In this document: positions 11,761-24,100 of the stretch, in pieces
Position numbering within the stretch: position 1 is the stretch's first letter
Layout of the letters: each line of letters opens with the position of its first letter
DNA from: Phyllobates terribilis
Taxonomy: Eukaryota
Direction: 5' to 3'
NCBI RefSeq assembly: GCF_046119375.1
Contig: NW_027362769.1
Location: 385,950,001 to 386,014,000, forward strand
Length of the DNA: 64,000 nucleotides
Program-made: the position numbers and the translations under genes
Notes under the pieces: generated by a model
What the model was told of the DNA's origin: nothing
Databases searched by the model: none
The model's input: the letters and a program-made list of their open reading frames with translations, nothing else

Positions 11761-12140
11761 GTTGCCTACTAGGTTCAGTACCACGTTGGGTAGTAGGTTG
11801 AACATTAGGTTGAGTACTATGTTCAGTCATAGTCAGTATTAGGTTCAGTACCATGTTCCGTACTAGGTTCGGTCACAGGTTTAGTACTAGGTTCCGTCAT
11901 AGATTCAGTGCTAGGTTGGGTACTATGTTGCCTACTCGTTTCAGTACCACGTTGAGTAGTAGGTTGAACATTAGGTTGAGTACTAGGTTCCGTCATAGAG
12001 TCAGTATTAGGTTCAGTACCATGTTCCGTACTAGGTTCGGTCATAGGTTGGGTACTACTTTGGGCACTAGGTTTGGTACTAGGTTCAGTACCATGTTGGG
12101 TACTAGATTGAGTAATAGGTTCGGTCAGAGGTTGGGTACT
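11761..12140. repeat. Degenerate 12-bp minisatellite in intron 11
   Basis: Recurrent TAGGTTCAGTAC / TAGGTTGGGTAC / TAGGTTCCGTCA; a ~80-nt block is duplicated (11825 vs 12000). Confidence 0.85.
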
Positions 12141-12143
12141 CAC

Positions 12144-12206
12144 GGTGCGGTTCCCATGGTTACAGGACGGTCACATGAGATGCACTTTACTCTCTCGAAC
12201 AGTTTC
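12144..12206 (-). CDS. C16orf96: C16orf96-like exon 11 (KLFERVKCISCDRPVTMGTAP)
   Basis: TGTATTCACAG| acceptor; ACC|GTGAGT donor; conserved CxSCDRP motif of the C16orf96/QRICH2 family. Confidence 0.93.
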
Positions 12207-12520
12207 CTGTGAATACACAATGTTTGATAAGTGCACACCGTCACAATATAAAGCTCCCGGCACGGTCTATCACAAATCTTAGGATTTTGGCAGGTCTGTA
12301 TGCGGCAGTTTCGCCGCAGCCCCTGACTTCATATACACCCGGTGTCAGTCTTTACTGTAATATTAAAATTACCTTCCTGTTGGGAATGAACAGTTACATG
12401 GCGCCCCCTATAGGAAAGGGGGCTGTGAATATAATTCTACTTTACGGCAGTTCTGCTCTCAGTCATTGAAGAGCATCACCCGTGCCCCCACTACGCCCCC
12501 TACGTGCGCACACCACTCAC

Positions 12521-12639
12521 TTCCTGAAGCCCGCCGCCCCGTCTGGATCGAAGGTCTGGCTGGAGCTGAGATGCTTCTTCAGGAATTTCCAGAGCTCCTC
12601 CAGGTCCTTGTGAACGGAGTCCAAGTCCGAGCGGCTCAA
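12521..12639 (-). CDS. C16orf96: C16orf96-like exon 10 (LSRSDLDSVHKDLEELWKFLKKHLSSSQTFDPDGAAGFR)
   Basis: CCTTCTGCATCTTCTAG| acceptor; GAA|GTGAGT donor; cf. LVHSDLDPLKKEMEEVWK...DPDSAAGFR. Missing from the ORF track. Confidence 0.92.
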
Positions 12640-12957
12640 CTAGAAGATGCAGAAGGTGCGGAGATGTGACAAAGGAACAGGCTGCACAGCAGCACAGAGT
12701 ATTTTAGGAGAGGAATGTGTCAATGACAGGTGTAGTTGTCCGCCACTCATGATGATGTTACGGAGGGATATGGAGACAAGTGTGCAGTCATACACTGAGA
12801 GTCATTTAATGGAAGGAGCAGAACTGCCAGCAGCACAGAGTATTTTAGAAGAGGAGTGTGTTAGAGATAACAATGTTTGCCTCTATCCCCGGCGGCCTGA
12901 TGACGGCATCCAGCGTTTCCTAGAGATGAAGTTTGCTCAGCCGGGAACAAAGGTCTG

Positions 12958-14187
12958 AGAGCACAGGGCGCCAGTGACGGGAGGACAGGGCGCCGGTGAG
13001 GGGACAGGGCTCCGGTGAGAAGGGGACAGGGCTCCGGTGAGAAGAGGACAGGGCGCCGGTGAGAAGAGGACAGGGCTCCGGTGACAGGAGGACAGGGCTC
13101 CGGTGAGAAGAGGACAGGGCTCCGGTGAGAGGAGGACAGGGCTCCGGTGAGAAGAGGACAGGGCTCCGGTGAGAAGAGGACAGGGCTCCGGTGACAGGAG
13201 GACAGGGCGCCGGTGAGAGGACAGAGCGCCGGTGAGGGGACAGGGCTCCGGTGCGAAGAGGACAGGGCTCCGGTGAGAGGAGGACAGGGCTCCGGTGAGA
13301 AGAGGACAGGGCTCCGGTGACAGGAGGACAGGGCTCCGGTGACAGGAGGACAGGGCGCCGGTGAGAGGACAGAGCGCCGGTGAGGGGACAGGGCTCCGGT
13401 GAGAAGAGGACAGGGCGCTGGTGAGAGGAGGACAGGACGCCGGTGAGGGGACAGGGCTCCGGTGAGAAGAGGACAGGACGCCGGTGAGAGGATGACAGGA
13501 CGCCGGTGAGGGGACAGGGCGCCGGTGCGAGCACAGGGCGCCGGTGAGGGCACAGGGCGCTGGTGAGGGCACAGGGCACTGGTGAGGGCACAGGGCGCCG
13601 GTGAGGGGACAGGGCGCCGGTGAGAGCACAGGGCGCTGGTGAGGGGACAGGGCGCCGGTGAGAGCACAGGGCGCCGGTGAGAGCACAGGGTGCTGGTGAG
13701 GGCACAGGGCGCTGGTGAGGGGACAGGGCGCCGGTGAGAGCACAGGGCGCCGGTGAGAGCACAGGGCGCTGGTGAGGGCACAGGGCGCTGGTGAGGGAAC
13801 AGGGCGCTGGTGAGGTGACAGGGCGCCGGTGAGAGCACAGGGCGCCGGTGAGAGCACAGGGTGCCGGTGAGGGCACAGGGCGCTGGTGAGGGGACAGGGT
13901 GCCGGTGAGGGCACAGGGCGCTGGTGAGGGGACAGGGCGCCGGTGAGAGCACAGGTCGCTGGTGAGGGCACAGGGCGCTGGTGAGGGGACAGGGTGCCGG
14001 TGAGAGCACAGGTCGCTGGTGAGGGCACAGGGCGCTGGTGAGGGGACAGGGTGCCGGTGAGAGCACAGGTCGCTGGTGAGGGGACAGGGTGCCGGTGAGA
14101 GCACAGGGCGCCGGTGAGGGGACAACACCGGTGAGAGCATAGGGCGCCGGCGAGGGGACAGGACGCCGGTGAGAGAACAGGGCGCCA
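12958..14187. repeat. GC-rich 20-23 bp minisatellite in intron 9
   Basis: About 60 units of ACAGGGCGCCGGTGAG(GGG/AGC/AAGAGG); longer AGGAGG-type units on the left, 20-mers on the right. Confidence 0.95.
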
Positions 14188-14309
14188 CCCGGCAGCTTCT
14201 CAATAATGTATATTGTAAGGGGTCAATTGTTTATGTGATGTCATGGCGGCTCTGTTAATCTCCCACAATGCACCACATTGCTGCGCACAGGAGCTGTGTA
14301 CACTCTTAC

Positions 14310-14474
14310 CTTGGCCTCTAGCCCTGCCAGCAGCTTGGCCAGCATGTTCTGCCACTCGGACTCCTGCGCTGCCAGTTTTTTGATCAGAGCCTCCAGCACA
14401 GCATTAACCTCGCTGACGGCGGCCTCCAGATCCGCGCGGCCCACCAGGGCCTCCAACGCCCGTCTGTCCGCCTT
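14310..14474 (-). CDS. C16orf96: C16orf96-like exon 9 (KADRRALEALVGRADLEAAVSEVNAVLEALIKKLAAQESEWQNMLAKLLAGLEAK)
   Basis: TCTTGTTTACAG| acceptor; AAG|GTAAGA donor; cf. family KADRSALAGKASRVDLE...HEDSW. Confidence 0.92.
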
Positions 14475-14641
14475 CTGTAAACAAGACCCCGGAGGTGAGC
14501 GACGTCTCGAAGCTCTGGATGTGACTGGAGCATCAGAGGAAATGTGTGCTGAACCTGGGGCCCAACATAATGTCTGCACCGGGGCCCCTCGCTGCACGTC
14601 CCATGTATAATCCGGGGCCCCTGTGATAGATACACACGTAC

Positions 14642-14716
14642 CAGATTCAGCTCCAACATGAAATCCCCCTGATCCAACTTCTTCTTCTGCAGCTCATCAA
14701 TCTGACTCTGAAGGGT
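14642..14716 (-). CDS. C16orf96: C16orf96-like exon 8 (TLQSQIDELQKKKLDQGDFMLELNL)
   Basis: CCTCTTCTTGCAG| acceptor; CTG|GTACGT donor; cf. family TLQAQIKRLEMNKVNK. Confidence 0.88.
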
Positions 14717-14823
14717 CTGCAAGAAGAGGTATCACACGTGATGGGATTAGATACACGGCTCAGCAGACATTTTTCCCTCACATCCCACAACCATTAATAA
14801 CACCGTACGCTCCGCTCCCTCAC

Positions 14824-14934
14824 CGCGGTCTCGGACAGATCTGCTGCCAGCTTGTCGGTCTTGCTGTCCAGTTGTTGTAGCGCCATATTCAGATCATGGA
14901 GTCCACTCTTCAGAGCGCTCAAGTCAACCTTGTC
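14824..14934 (-). CDS. C16orf96: C16orf96-like exon 7 (DKVDLSALKSGLHDLNMALQQLDSKTDKLAADLSETA)
   Basis: TTTCCTCACTTTTAG| acceptor; GCG|GTGAGG donor; 111 nt; coiled-coil-like. Confidence 0.85.
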
Positions 14935-15008
14935 CTAAAAGTGAGGAAAATATAAGAACGATCGAGCCGCAGAGGAAACATCACTGACGAGCTCTCACGA
15001 GACGCTAC

Positions 15009-15094
15009 CTTCCGATTCTCAGCGAACAGACTCTCCACATCCTGCCGGACACTGCGCAACTGCTGGAGCAAATCCTCAGGAATACGGTTCTTAC
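15009..15094 (-). CDS. C16orf96: C16orf96-like exon 6 (GKNRIPEDLLQQLRSVRQDVESLFAENRK)
   Basis: Acceptor GATTGCAG|GTAAGA; donor AAG|GTAGCG; 86 nt, phase 1/0, continuing the frame from exon 5; resembles QRICH2 KRTIPPELQEQL. Confidence 0.82.
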
Positions 15095-15105
15095 CTGCAA
15101 TCAGA

Positions 15106-18100
15106 GTATAGGGGGCAGTATTATAGTAGTTATATTCTTGTACATAGGGGGCAGTATTATAGTAGTTATATTCTTGTACATAGGGGGCAGTATTATAGTG
15201 GTTATATTCTTGTACATAGGGAGCAGTATTATAGTAGTTATATTCTTGTACATAGGGAGCAGTATTATAGTAGTTATATTCTTGTACATAGGGAGCAGTA
15301 TTATAGTAGTTATATTCTTGTACATAGGGAGCAGTATTATAGTAGTTATATTCTTGTACATAGGGGGCAGTATTATAGTAGTTATATTCTTGTACATTGG
15401 GGTCAGTATTATAGTAGTTATATTCTTGTACATAGGAGCAGTATTATAGTAGTTATATTCTTGTACATAGGGAGCAGTATTATAGTAGTTATATTCTTGT
15501 ACATAGGGGCAGTATTATAGTAGTTATATTCTTGTACATAGGGGCAGTATTATAGTAGTTATATTCTTGTACATAGGAGCAGTATTATAGTAGTTATATT
15601 CTTGTACATAAGGGGCAGTATTATAGTAGTTATATTCTTGTACATAGGAGCAGTATTATAGTAGTTATATTCTTGTACATAGGGGGCAGTATTAAAGTAG
15701 TTATATTCTTGTACATAGAGGGCAGTATTATAGTAGTTATATTCTTGTATATAGGAGCAGTATTATAGTAGTTATATTCTTGTACATAGGGAGCAGTATT
15801 ATAGTAGTTATATTCTTGTACATAGGGGCAGTATTATAGTAGTTATATTCTTGTACATAGGGAGCAGTATTATAGTAGTTATATTCTTGTACATAGGGGC
15901 AGTATTATAGTAGTTATATTCTTGTACATAGGGGGCAGTATTATAGTAGTTATATTCTTGTACATAGGGAGCAGTATTATAGTAGTTATATTCTTATACA
16001 TAGAGGGCAGTATTATAGTAGTTATATTCTTGTACATAGGGAGCAGTATTATAGTAGTTATATTCTTGTACATAGGGAGCAGTATTATAGTAGTTATATT
16101 CTTGTATATAGGGGGCAGTATTATAGTAGTTATATTCTTGTACATAGGGGCAGTATTATAGTAGTTATATTCTTGTACATAGGAGCAGTATTATAGTAGT
16201 TATATTCTTGTACATAGGGAGCAGTATTATAGTAGTTATATTCTTGTACATAGGGGGCAGTATTATAGTAGCTATATTCTTGTACATAGGAGCAGTATTA
16301 TAGTAGCTATATTCTTGTATATAGGGGCAGTATTATAGTAGTTATATTCTTGTACATAGGGGCAGTATTATAGTAGTTATATTCTTGTACATAGGAGCAG
16401 TATTATAGTAGTTATATTCTTGTACATAGGGAGCAGTATTATAGTAGTTATATTCTTGTACATAGGGAGCAGTATTATAGTAGTTATATTCTTGTATATA
16501 GGGGGCAGTATTATAGTAGTTATATTCTTGTACATAGGGGCAGTATTATAGTAGTTATATTCTTGTACATAGGAGCAGTATTATAGTAGTTATATTCTTG
16601 TACATAGGGAGCAGTATTATAGTAGTTATATTCTTGTACATAGGGGGCAGTATTATAGTAGCTATATTCTTGTACATAGGAGCAGTATTATAGTAGCTAT
16701 CTTCTTGTATATAGGAGCAGTATTATAGTAGTTATATTCTTGTACATAGGGGCAGTATTATAGCAGTTATATTCTTGTATATAGGAGCAGTATTATAGTG
16801 GTTATATTCTTGTACATAGGGAGCAGTATTATAGTAGTTATATTCTTGTACATAGGGAGCAGTATTATAGTAGTTATATTCTTGTACATAGGAGCAGTAT
16901 TATAGTGGTTATATTCTTGTACATAGGGAGCAGTATTATAGTAGTTATATTCTTGTACATAGGAGCAGTATTATAGTAGTTATATTCTTGTACATAGGGG
17001 CAGTATTATAGTAATTATATTCTTGTACATAGGGGGCAGTATTATAGTAGTTATATTCTTGTACATAGGGGCAGTATTATAGTAATATAAATTCTTGTAT
17101 ATAGGAGCAGTATTATAGTAGTTATATTCTTGTACATAGGGGCAGTATTATAGTAGTTATATTCTTGTACATAGGGAGCAGTATTATAGTAGTTAAATTC
17201 TTGTACATAGGGGGCAGTATTATAGTAGTTATATTCCTGTACATAGGAGCAGTATTATAGTAGTTATATTCTTGTATATAGGGGCAGTATTATAGTAGTT
17301 ATATTCTTGTACATAGGGGCAGTATTATAGTAGTTATATTCTTGTACATAGGGGCAGTATTATAGTAGTTATATTCTTGTACATAGGGGGCAGTATTATA
17401 GTAGTTATATTCTTGTACATAAGGGGCAGTATTATAGTAGTTATATTCTTGTACATAGGAGCAGTATTATAGTAGTTATATTCTTGTACATAGGGGGCAG
17501 TATTAAAGTAGTTATATTCTTGTACATAGGGAGCAGTATTATAGTAGTTATATTCTTGCATATAGGGAGCAGTATTATAGTAGTTATATTCTTGTACATA
17601 GGGGCAGTATTATAGTAGTCATATTCTTGTACATAGGAGCAGTATTATAGTAGTTATATTCTTGTACATAAGGGGCAGTATTATAGTAGTTATATTCTTG
17701 TACATAGGAGCAGTATTATAGTAGTTATATTCTTGTACATAGGGGGCAGTATTAAAGTAGTTATATTCTTGTACATAGAGGGCAGTATTATAGTAGTTAT
17801 ATTCTTGTATATAGGAGCAGTATTATAGTAGTTATATTCTTGTACATAGGGAGCAGTATTATAGTAGTTATATTCTTGTACATAGGGGCAGTATTATAGT
17901 AGTTATATTCTTGTACATAAGGAGCAGTATTATAGTAGTTATATTCTTGTACATAGGGGCAGTATTATAGTAGTTATATTCTTGTACATAGGGGGCAGTA
18001 TTATAGTAGTTATATTCTTGTACATAGGGAGCAGTATTATAGTAGTTATATTCTTATACATAGAGGGCAGTATTATAGTAGTTATATTCTTGTACATAGG

Positions 18101-21100
18101 GAGCAGTATTATAGTAGTTATATTCTTGTACATAGGGAGCAGTATTATAGTAGTTATATTCTTGTATATAGGGGGCAGTATTATAGTAGTTATATTCTTG
18201 TACATAGGGGCAGTATTATAGTATTTATATTCTTGTACATAGGAGCAGTATTATAGTAGTTATATTCTTGTACATAGGGAGCAGTATTATAGTAGTTATA
18301 TTCTTGTACATAGGGAGCAGTATTATAGTAGTTATATTCTTGTACATAGGGAGCAGTATTATAGTAGTTATATTCTTGTACATAGGGAGCAGTATTATAG
18401 TAGTTATATTCTTGTACATAGGGGGCAGTATTATAGTAGTTATATTCTTGTACATTGGGGTCAGTATTATAGTAGTTATATTCTTGTACATAGGAGCAGT
18501 ATTATAGTAGTTATATTCTTGTACATAGGGAGCAGTATTATAGTAGTTATATTCTTGTACATAGGGGCAGTATTATAGTAGTTATATTCTTGTACATAGG
18601 GGCAGTATTATAGTAGTTATATTCTTGTACATAGGAGCAGTATTATAGTAGTTATATTCTTGTACATAAGGGGCAGTATTATAGTAGTTATATTCTTGTA
18701 CATAGGAGCAGTATTATAGTAGTTATATTCTTGTACATAGGGGGCAGTATTAAAGTAGTTATATTCTTGTACATAGAGGGCAGTATTATAGTAGTTATAT
18801 TCTTGTATATAGGAGCAGTATTATAGTAGTTATATTCTTGTACATAGGGAGCAGTATTATAGTAGTTATATTCTTGTACATAGGGGCAGTATTATAGTAG
18901 TTATATTCTTGTACATAGGGAGCAGTATTATAGTAGTTATATTCTTGTACATAGGGGCAGTATTATAGTAGTTATATTCTTGTACATAGGGGGCAGTATT
19001 ATAGTAGTTATATTCTTGTACATAGGGAGCAGTATTATAGTAGTTATATTCTTATACATAGAGGGCAGTATTATAGTAGTTATATTCTTGTACATAGGGA
19101 GCAGTATTATAGTAGTTATATTCTTGTACATAGGGAGCAGTATTATAGTAGTTATATTCTTGTATATAGGGGGCAGTATTATAGTAGTTATATTCTTGTA
19201 CATAGGGGCAGTATTATAGTAGTTATATTCTTGTACATAGGAGCAGTATTATAGTAGTTATATTCTTGTACATAGGGAGCAGTATTATAGTAGTTATATT
19301 CTTGTACATAGGGGGCAGTATTATAGTAGCTATATTCTTGTACATAGGAGCAGTATTATAGTAGCTATATTCTTGTATATAGGGGCAGTATTATAGTAGT
19401 TATATTCTTGTACATAGGGGCAGTATTATAGTAGTTATATTCTTGTACATAGGAGCAGTATTATAGTAGTTATATTCTTGTACATAGGGAGCAGTATTAT
19501 AGTAGTTATATTCTTGTACATAGGGAGCAGTATTATAGTAGTTATATTCTTGTATATAGGGGGCAGTATTATAGTAGTTATATTCTTGTACATAGGGGCA
19601 GTATTATAGTAGTTATATTCTTGTACATAGGAGCAGTATTATAGTAGTTATATTCTTGTACATAGGGAGCAGTATTATAGTAGTTATATTCTTGTACATA
19701 GGGGGCAGTATTATAGTAGCTATATTCTTGTACATAGGAGCAGTATTATAGTAGCTATCTTCTTGTATATAGGAGCAGTATTATAGTAGTTATATTCTTG
19801 TACATAGGGGCAGTATTATAGCAGTTATATTCTTGTATATAGGAGCAGTATTATAGTGGTTATATTCTTGTACATAGGGAGCAGTATTATAGTAGTTATA
19901 TTCTTGTACATAGGGAGCAGTATTATAGTAGTTATATTCTTGTACATAGGAGCAGTATTATAGTGGTTATATTCTTGTACATAGGGAGCAGTATTATAGT
20001 AGTTATATTCTTGTACATAGGAGCAGTATTATAGTAGTTATATTCTTGTACATAGGGGCAGTATTATAGTAATTATATTCTTGTACATAGGGGGCAGTAT
20101 TATAGTAGTTATATTCTTGTACATAGGGGCAGTATTATAGTAATATAAATTCTTGTATATAGGAGCAGTATTATAGTAGTTATATTCTTGTACATAGGGG
20201 CAGTATTATAGTAGTTATATTCTTGTACATAGGGAGCAGTATTATAGTAGTTAAATTCTTGTACATAGGGGGCAGTATTATAGTAGTTATATTCCTGTAC
20301 ATAGGAGCAGTATTATAGTAGTTATATTCTTGTATATAGGGGCAGTATTATAGTAGTTATATTCTTGTACATAGGGGCAGTATTATAGTAGTTATATTCT
20401 TGTACATAGGGGCAGTATTATAGTAGTTATATTCTTGTACATAGGGGGCAGTATTATAGTAGTTATATTCTTGTACATAAGGGGCAGTATTATAGTAGTT
20501 ATATTCTTGTACATAGGAGCAGTATTATAGTAGTTATATTCTTGTACATAGGGGGCAGTATTAAAGTAGTTATATTCTTGTACATAGGGAGCAGTATTAT
20601 AGTAGTTATATTCTTGCATATAGGGAGCAGTATTATAGTAGTTATATTCTTGTACATAGGGGCAGTATTATAGTAGTCATATTCTTGTACATAGGAGCAG
20701 TATTATAGTAGTTATATTCTTGTACATAAGGGGCAGTATTATAGTAGTTATATTCTTGTACATAGGAGCAGTATTATAGTAGTTATATTCTTGTACATAG
20801 GGGGCAGTATTAAAGTAGTTATATTCTTGTACATAGAGGGCAGTATTATAGTAGTTATATTCTTGTATATAGGAGCAGTATTATAGTAGTTATATTCTTG
20901 TACATAGGGAGCAGTATTATAGTAGTTATATTCTTGTACATAGGGGCAGTATTATAGTAGTTATATTCTTGTACATAAGGAGCAGTATTATAGTAGTTAT
21001 ATTCTTGTACATAGGGGCAGTATTATAGTAGTTATATTCTTGTACATAGGGGGCAGTATTATAGTAGTTATATTCTTGTACATAGGGAGCAGTATTATAG

Positions 21101-24100
21101 TAGTTATATTCTTATACATAGAGGGCAGTATTATAGTAGTTATATTCTTGTACATAGGGAGCAGTATTATAGTAGTTATATTCTTGTACATAGGGAGCAG
21201 TATTATAGTAGTTATATTCTTGTATATAGGGGGCAGTATTATAGTAGTTATATTCTTGTACATAGGGGCAGTATTATAGTATTTATATTCTTGTACATAG
21301 GAGCAGTATTATAGTAGTTATATTCTTGTACATAGGGAGCAGTATTATAGTAGTTATATTCTTGTACATAGGGAGCAGTATTATAGTAGTTATATTCTTG
21401 TACATAGGGAGCAGTATTATAGTAGTTATATTCTTGTACATAGGGAGCAGTATTATAGTAGTTATATTCTTGTACATAGGGGGCAGTATTATAGTAGTTA
21501 TATTCTTGTACATTGGGGTCAGTATTATAGTAGTTATATTCTTGTACATAGGAGCAGTATTATAGTAGTTATATTCTTGTACATAGGGAGCAGTATTATA
21601 GTAGTTATATTCTTGTACATAGGGGCAGTATTATAGTAGTTATATTCTTGTACATAGGGGCAGTATTATAGTAGTTATATTCTTGTACATAGGAGCAGTA
21701 TTATAGTAGTTATATTCTTGTACATAAGGGGCAGTATTATAGTAGTTATATTCTTGTACATAGGAGCAGTATTATAGTAGTTATATTCTTGTACATAGGG
21801 GGCAGTATTAAAGTAGTTATATTCTTGTACATAGAGGGCAGTATTATAGTAGTTATATTCTTGTATATAGGAGCAGTATTATAGTAGTTATATTCTTGTA
21901 CATAGGGAGCAGTATTATAGTAGTTATATTCTTGTACATAGGGGCAGTATTATAGTAGTTATATTCTTGTACATAGGGAGCAGTATTATAGTAGTTATAT
22001 TCTTGTACATAGGGGCAGTATTATAGTAGTTATATTCTTGTACATAGGGGGCAGTATTATAGTAGTTATATTCTTGTACATAGGGAGCAGTATTATAGTA
22101 GTTATATTCTTATACATAGAGGGCAGTATTATAGTAGTTATATTCTTGTACATAGGGAGCAGTATTATAGTAGTTATATTCTTGTACATAGGGAGCAGTA
22201 TTATAGTAGTTATATTCTTGTATATAGGGGGCAGTATTATAGTAGTTATATTCTTGTACATAGGGGCAGTATTATAGTAGTTATATTCTTGTACATAGGA
22301 GCAGTATTATAGTAGTTATATTCTTGTACATAGGGAGCAGTATTATAGTAGTTATATTCTTGTACATAGGGGGCAGTATTATAGTAGCTATATTCTTGTA
22401 CATAGGAGCAGTATTATAGTAGCTATATTCTTGTATATAGGGGCAGTATTATAGTAGTTATATTCTTGTACATAGGGGCAGTATTATAGTAGTTATATTC
22501 TTGTACATAGGAGCAGTATTATAGTAGTTATATTCTTGTACATAGGGAGCAGTATTATAGTAGTTATATTCTTGTACATAGGGAGCAGTATTATAGTAGT
22601 TATATTCTTGTATATAGGGGGCAGTATTATAGTAGTTATATTCTTGTACATAGGGGCAGTATTATAGTAGTTATATTCTTGTACATAGGAGCAGTATTAT
22701 AGTAGTTATATTCTTGTACATAGGGAGCAGTATTATAGTAGTTATATTCTTGTACATAGGGGGCAGTATTATAGTAGCTATATTCTTGTACATAGGAGCA
22801 GTATTATAGTAGCTATCTTCTTGTATATAGGAGCAGTATTATAGTAGTTATATTCTTGTACATAGGGGCAGTATTATAGCAGTTATATTCTTGTATATAG
22901 GAGCAGTATTATAGTGGTTATATTCTTGTACATAGGGAGCAGTATTATAGTAGTTATATTCTTGTACATAGGGAGCAGTATTATAGTAGTTATATTCTTG
23001 TACATAGGAGCAGTATTATAGTGGTTATATTCTTGTACATAGGGAGCAGTATTATAGTAGTTATATTCTTGTACATAGGAGCAGTATTATAGTAGTTATA
23101 TTCTTGTACATAGGGGCAGTATTATAGTAATTATATTCTTGTACATAGGGGGCAGTATTATAGTAGTTATATTCTTGTACATAGGGGCAGTATTATAGTA
23201 ATATAAATTCTTGTATATAGGAGCAGTATTATAGTAGTTATATTCTTGTACATAGGGGCAGTATTATAGTAGTTATATTCTTGTACATAGGGAGCAGTAT
23301 TATAGTAGTTAAATTCTTGTACATAGGGGGCAGTATTATAGTAGTTATATTCCTGTACATAGGAGCAGTATTATAGTAGTTATATTCTTGTATATAGGGG
23401 CAGTATTATAGTAGTTATATTCTTGTACATAGGGGCAGTATTATAGTAGTTATATTCTTGTACATAGGGGCAGTATTATAGTAGTTATATTCTTGTACAT
23501 AGGGGGCAGTATTATAGTAGTTATATTCTTGTACATAAGGGGCAGTATTATAGTAGTTATATTCTTGTACATAGGAGCAGTATTATAGTAGTTATATTCT
23601 TGTACATAGGGGGCAGTATTAAAGTAGTTATATTCTTGTACATAGGGAGCAGTATTATAGTAGTTATATTCTTGCATATAGGGAGCAGTATTATAGTAGT
23701 TATATTCTTGTACATAGGGGCAGTATTATAGTAGTCATATTCTTGTACATAGGAGCAGTATTATAGTAGTTATATTCTTGTACATAAGGGGCAGTATTAT
23801 AGTAGTTATATTCTTGTACATAGGAGCAGTATTATAGTAGTTATATTCTTGTACATAGGGGGCAGTATTAAAGTAGTTATATTCTTGTACATAGAGGGCA
23901 GTATTATAGTAGTTATATTCTTGTATATAGGAGCAGTATTATAGTAGTTATATTCTTGTACATAGGGAGCAGTATTATAGTAGTTATATTCTTGTACATA
24001 GGGGCAGTATTATAGTAGTTATATTCTTGTACATAGGGAGCAGTATTATAGTAGTTATATTCTTGTACATAGGGGCAGTATTATAGTAGTTATATTCTTG

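Noticed and set aside
11823-12143. Mucin-like TEPST ORF as an extension or alternative exon
   Set aside because: It starts at the GT of the exon 11 donor, out of frame (read-through gives CCG TGA); openness follows from the 12-bp periodicity, and it is broken by a 2-bp deletion.
12404-12420. CTCF-like motif (revcomp CCTATAGGGGGCGCC), with similar motifs near 63645 and 63785
   Set aside because: Two mismatches in the core, and the latter two lie in repeat-like sequence; not supportable without a PWM scan or ChIP data.
12861-14203. Three 363-427 aa Pro/Ser/Cys-rich ORFs on the - strand
   Set aside because: All three frames are open because the GC-rich minisatellite lacks stops; the region is intron 9, between well-supported exons 9 and 10.
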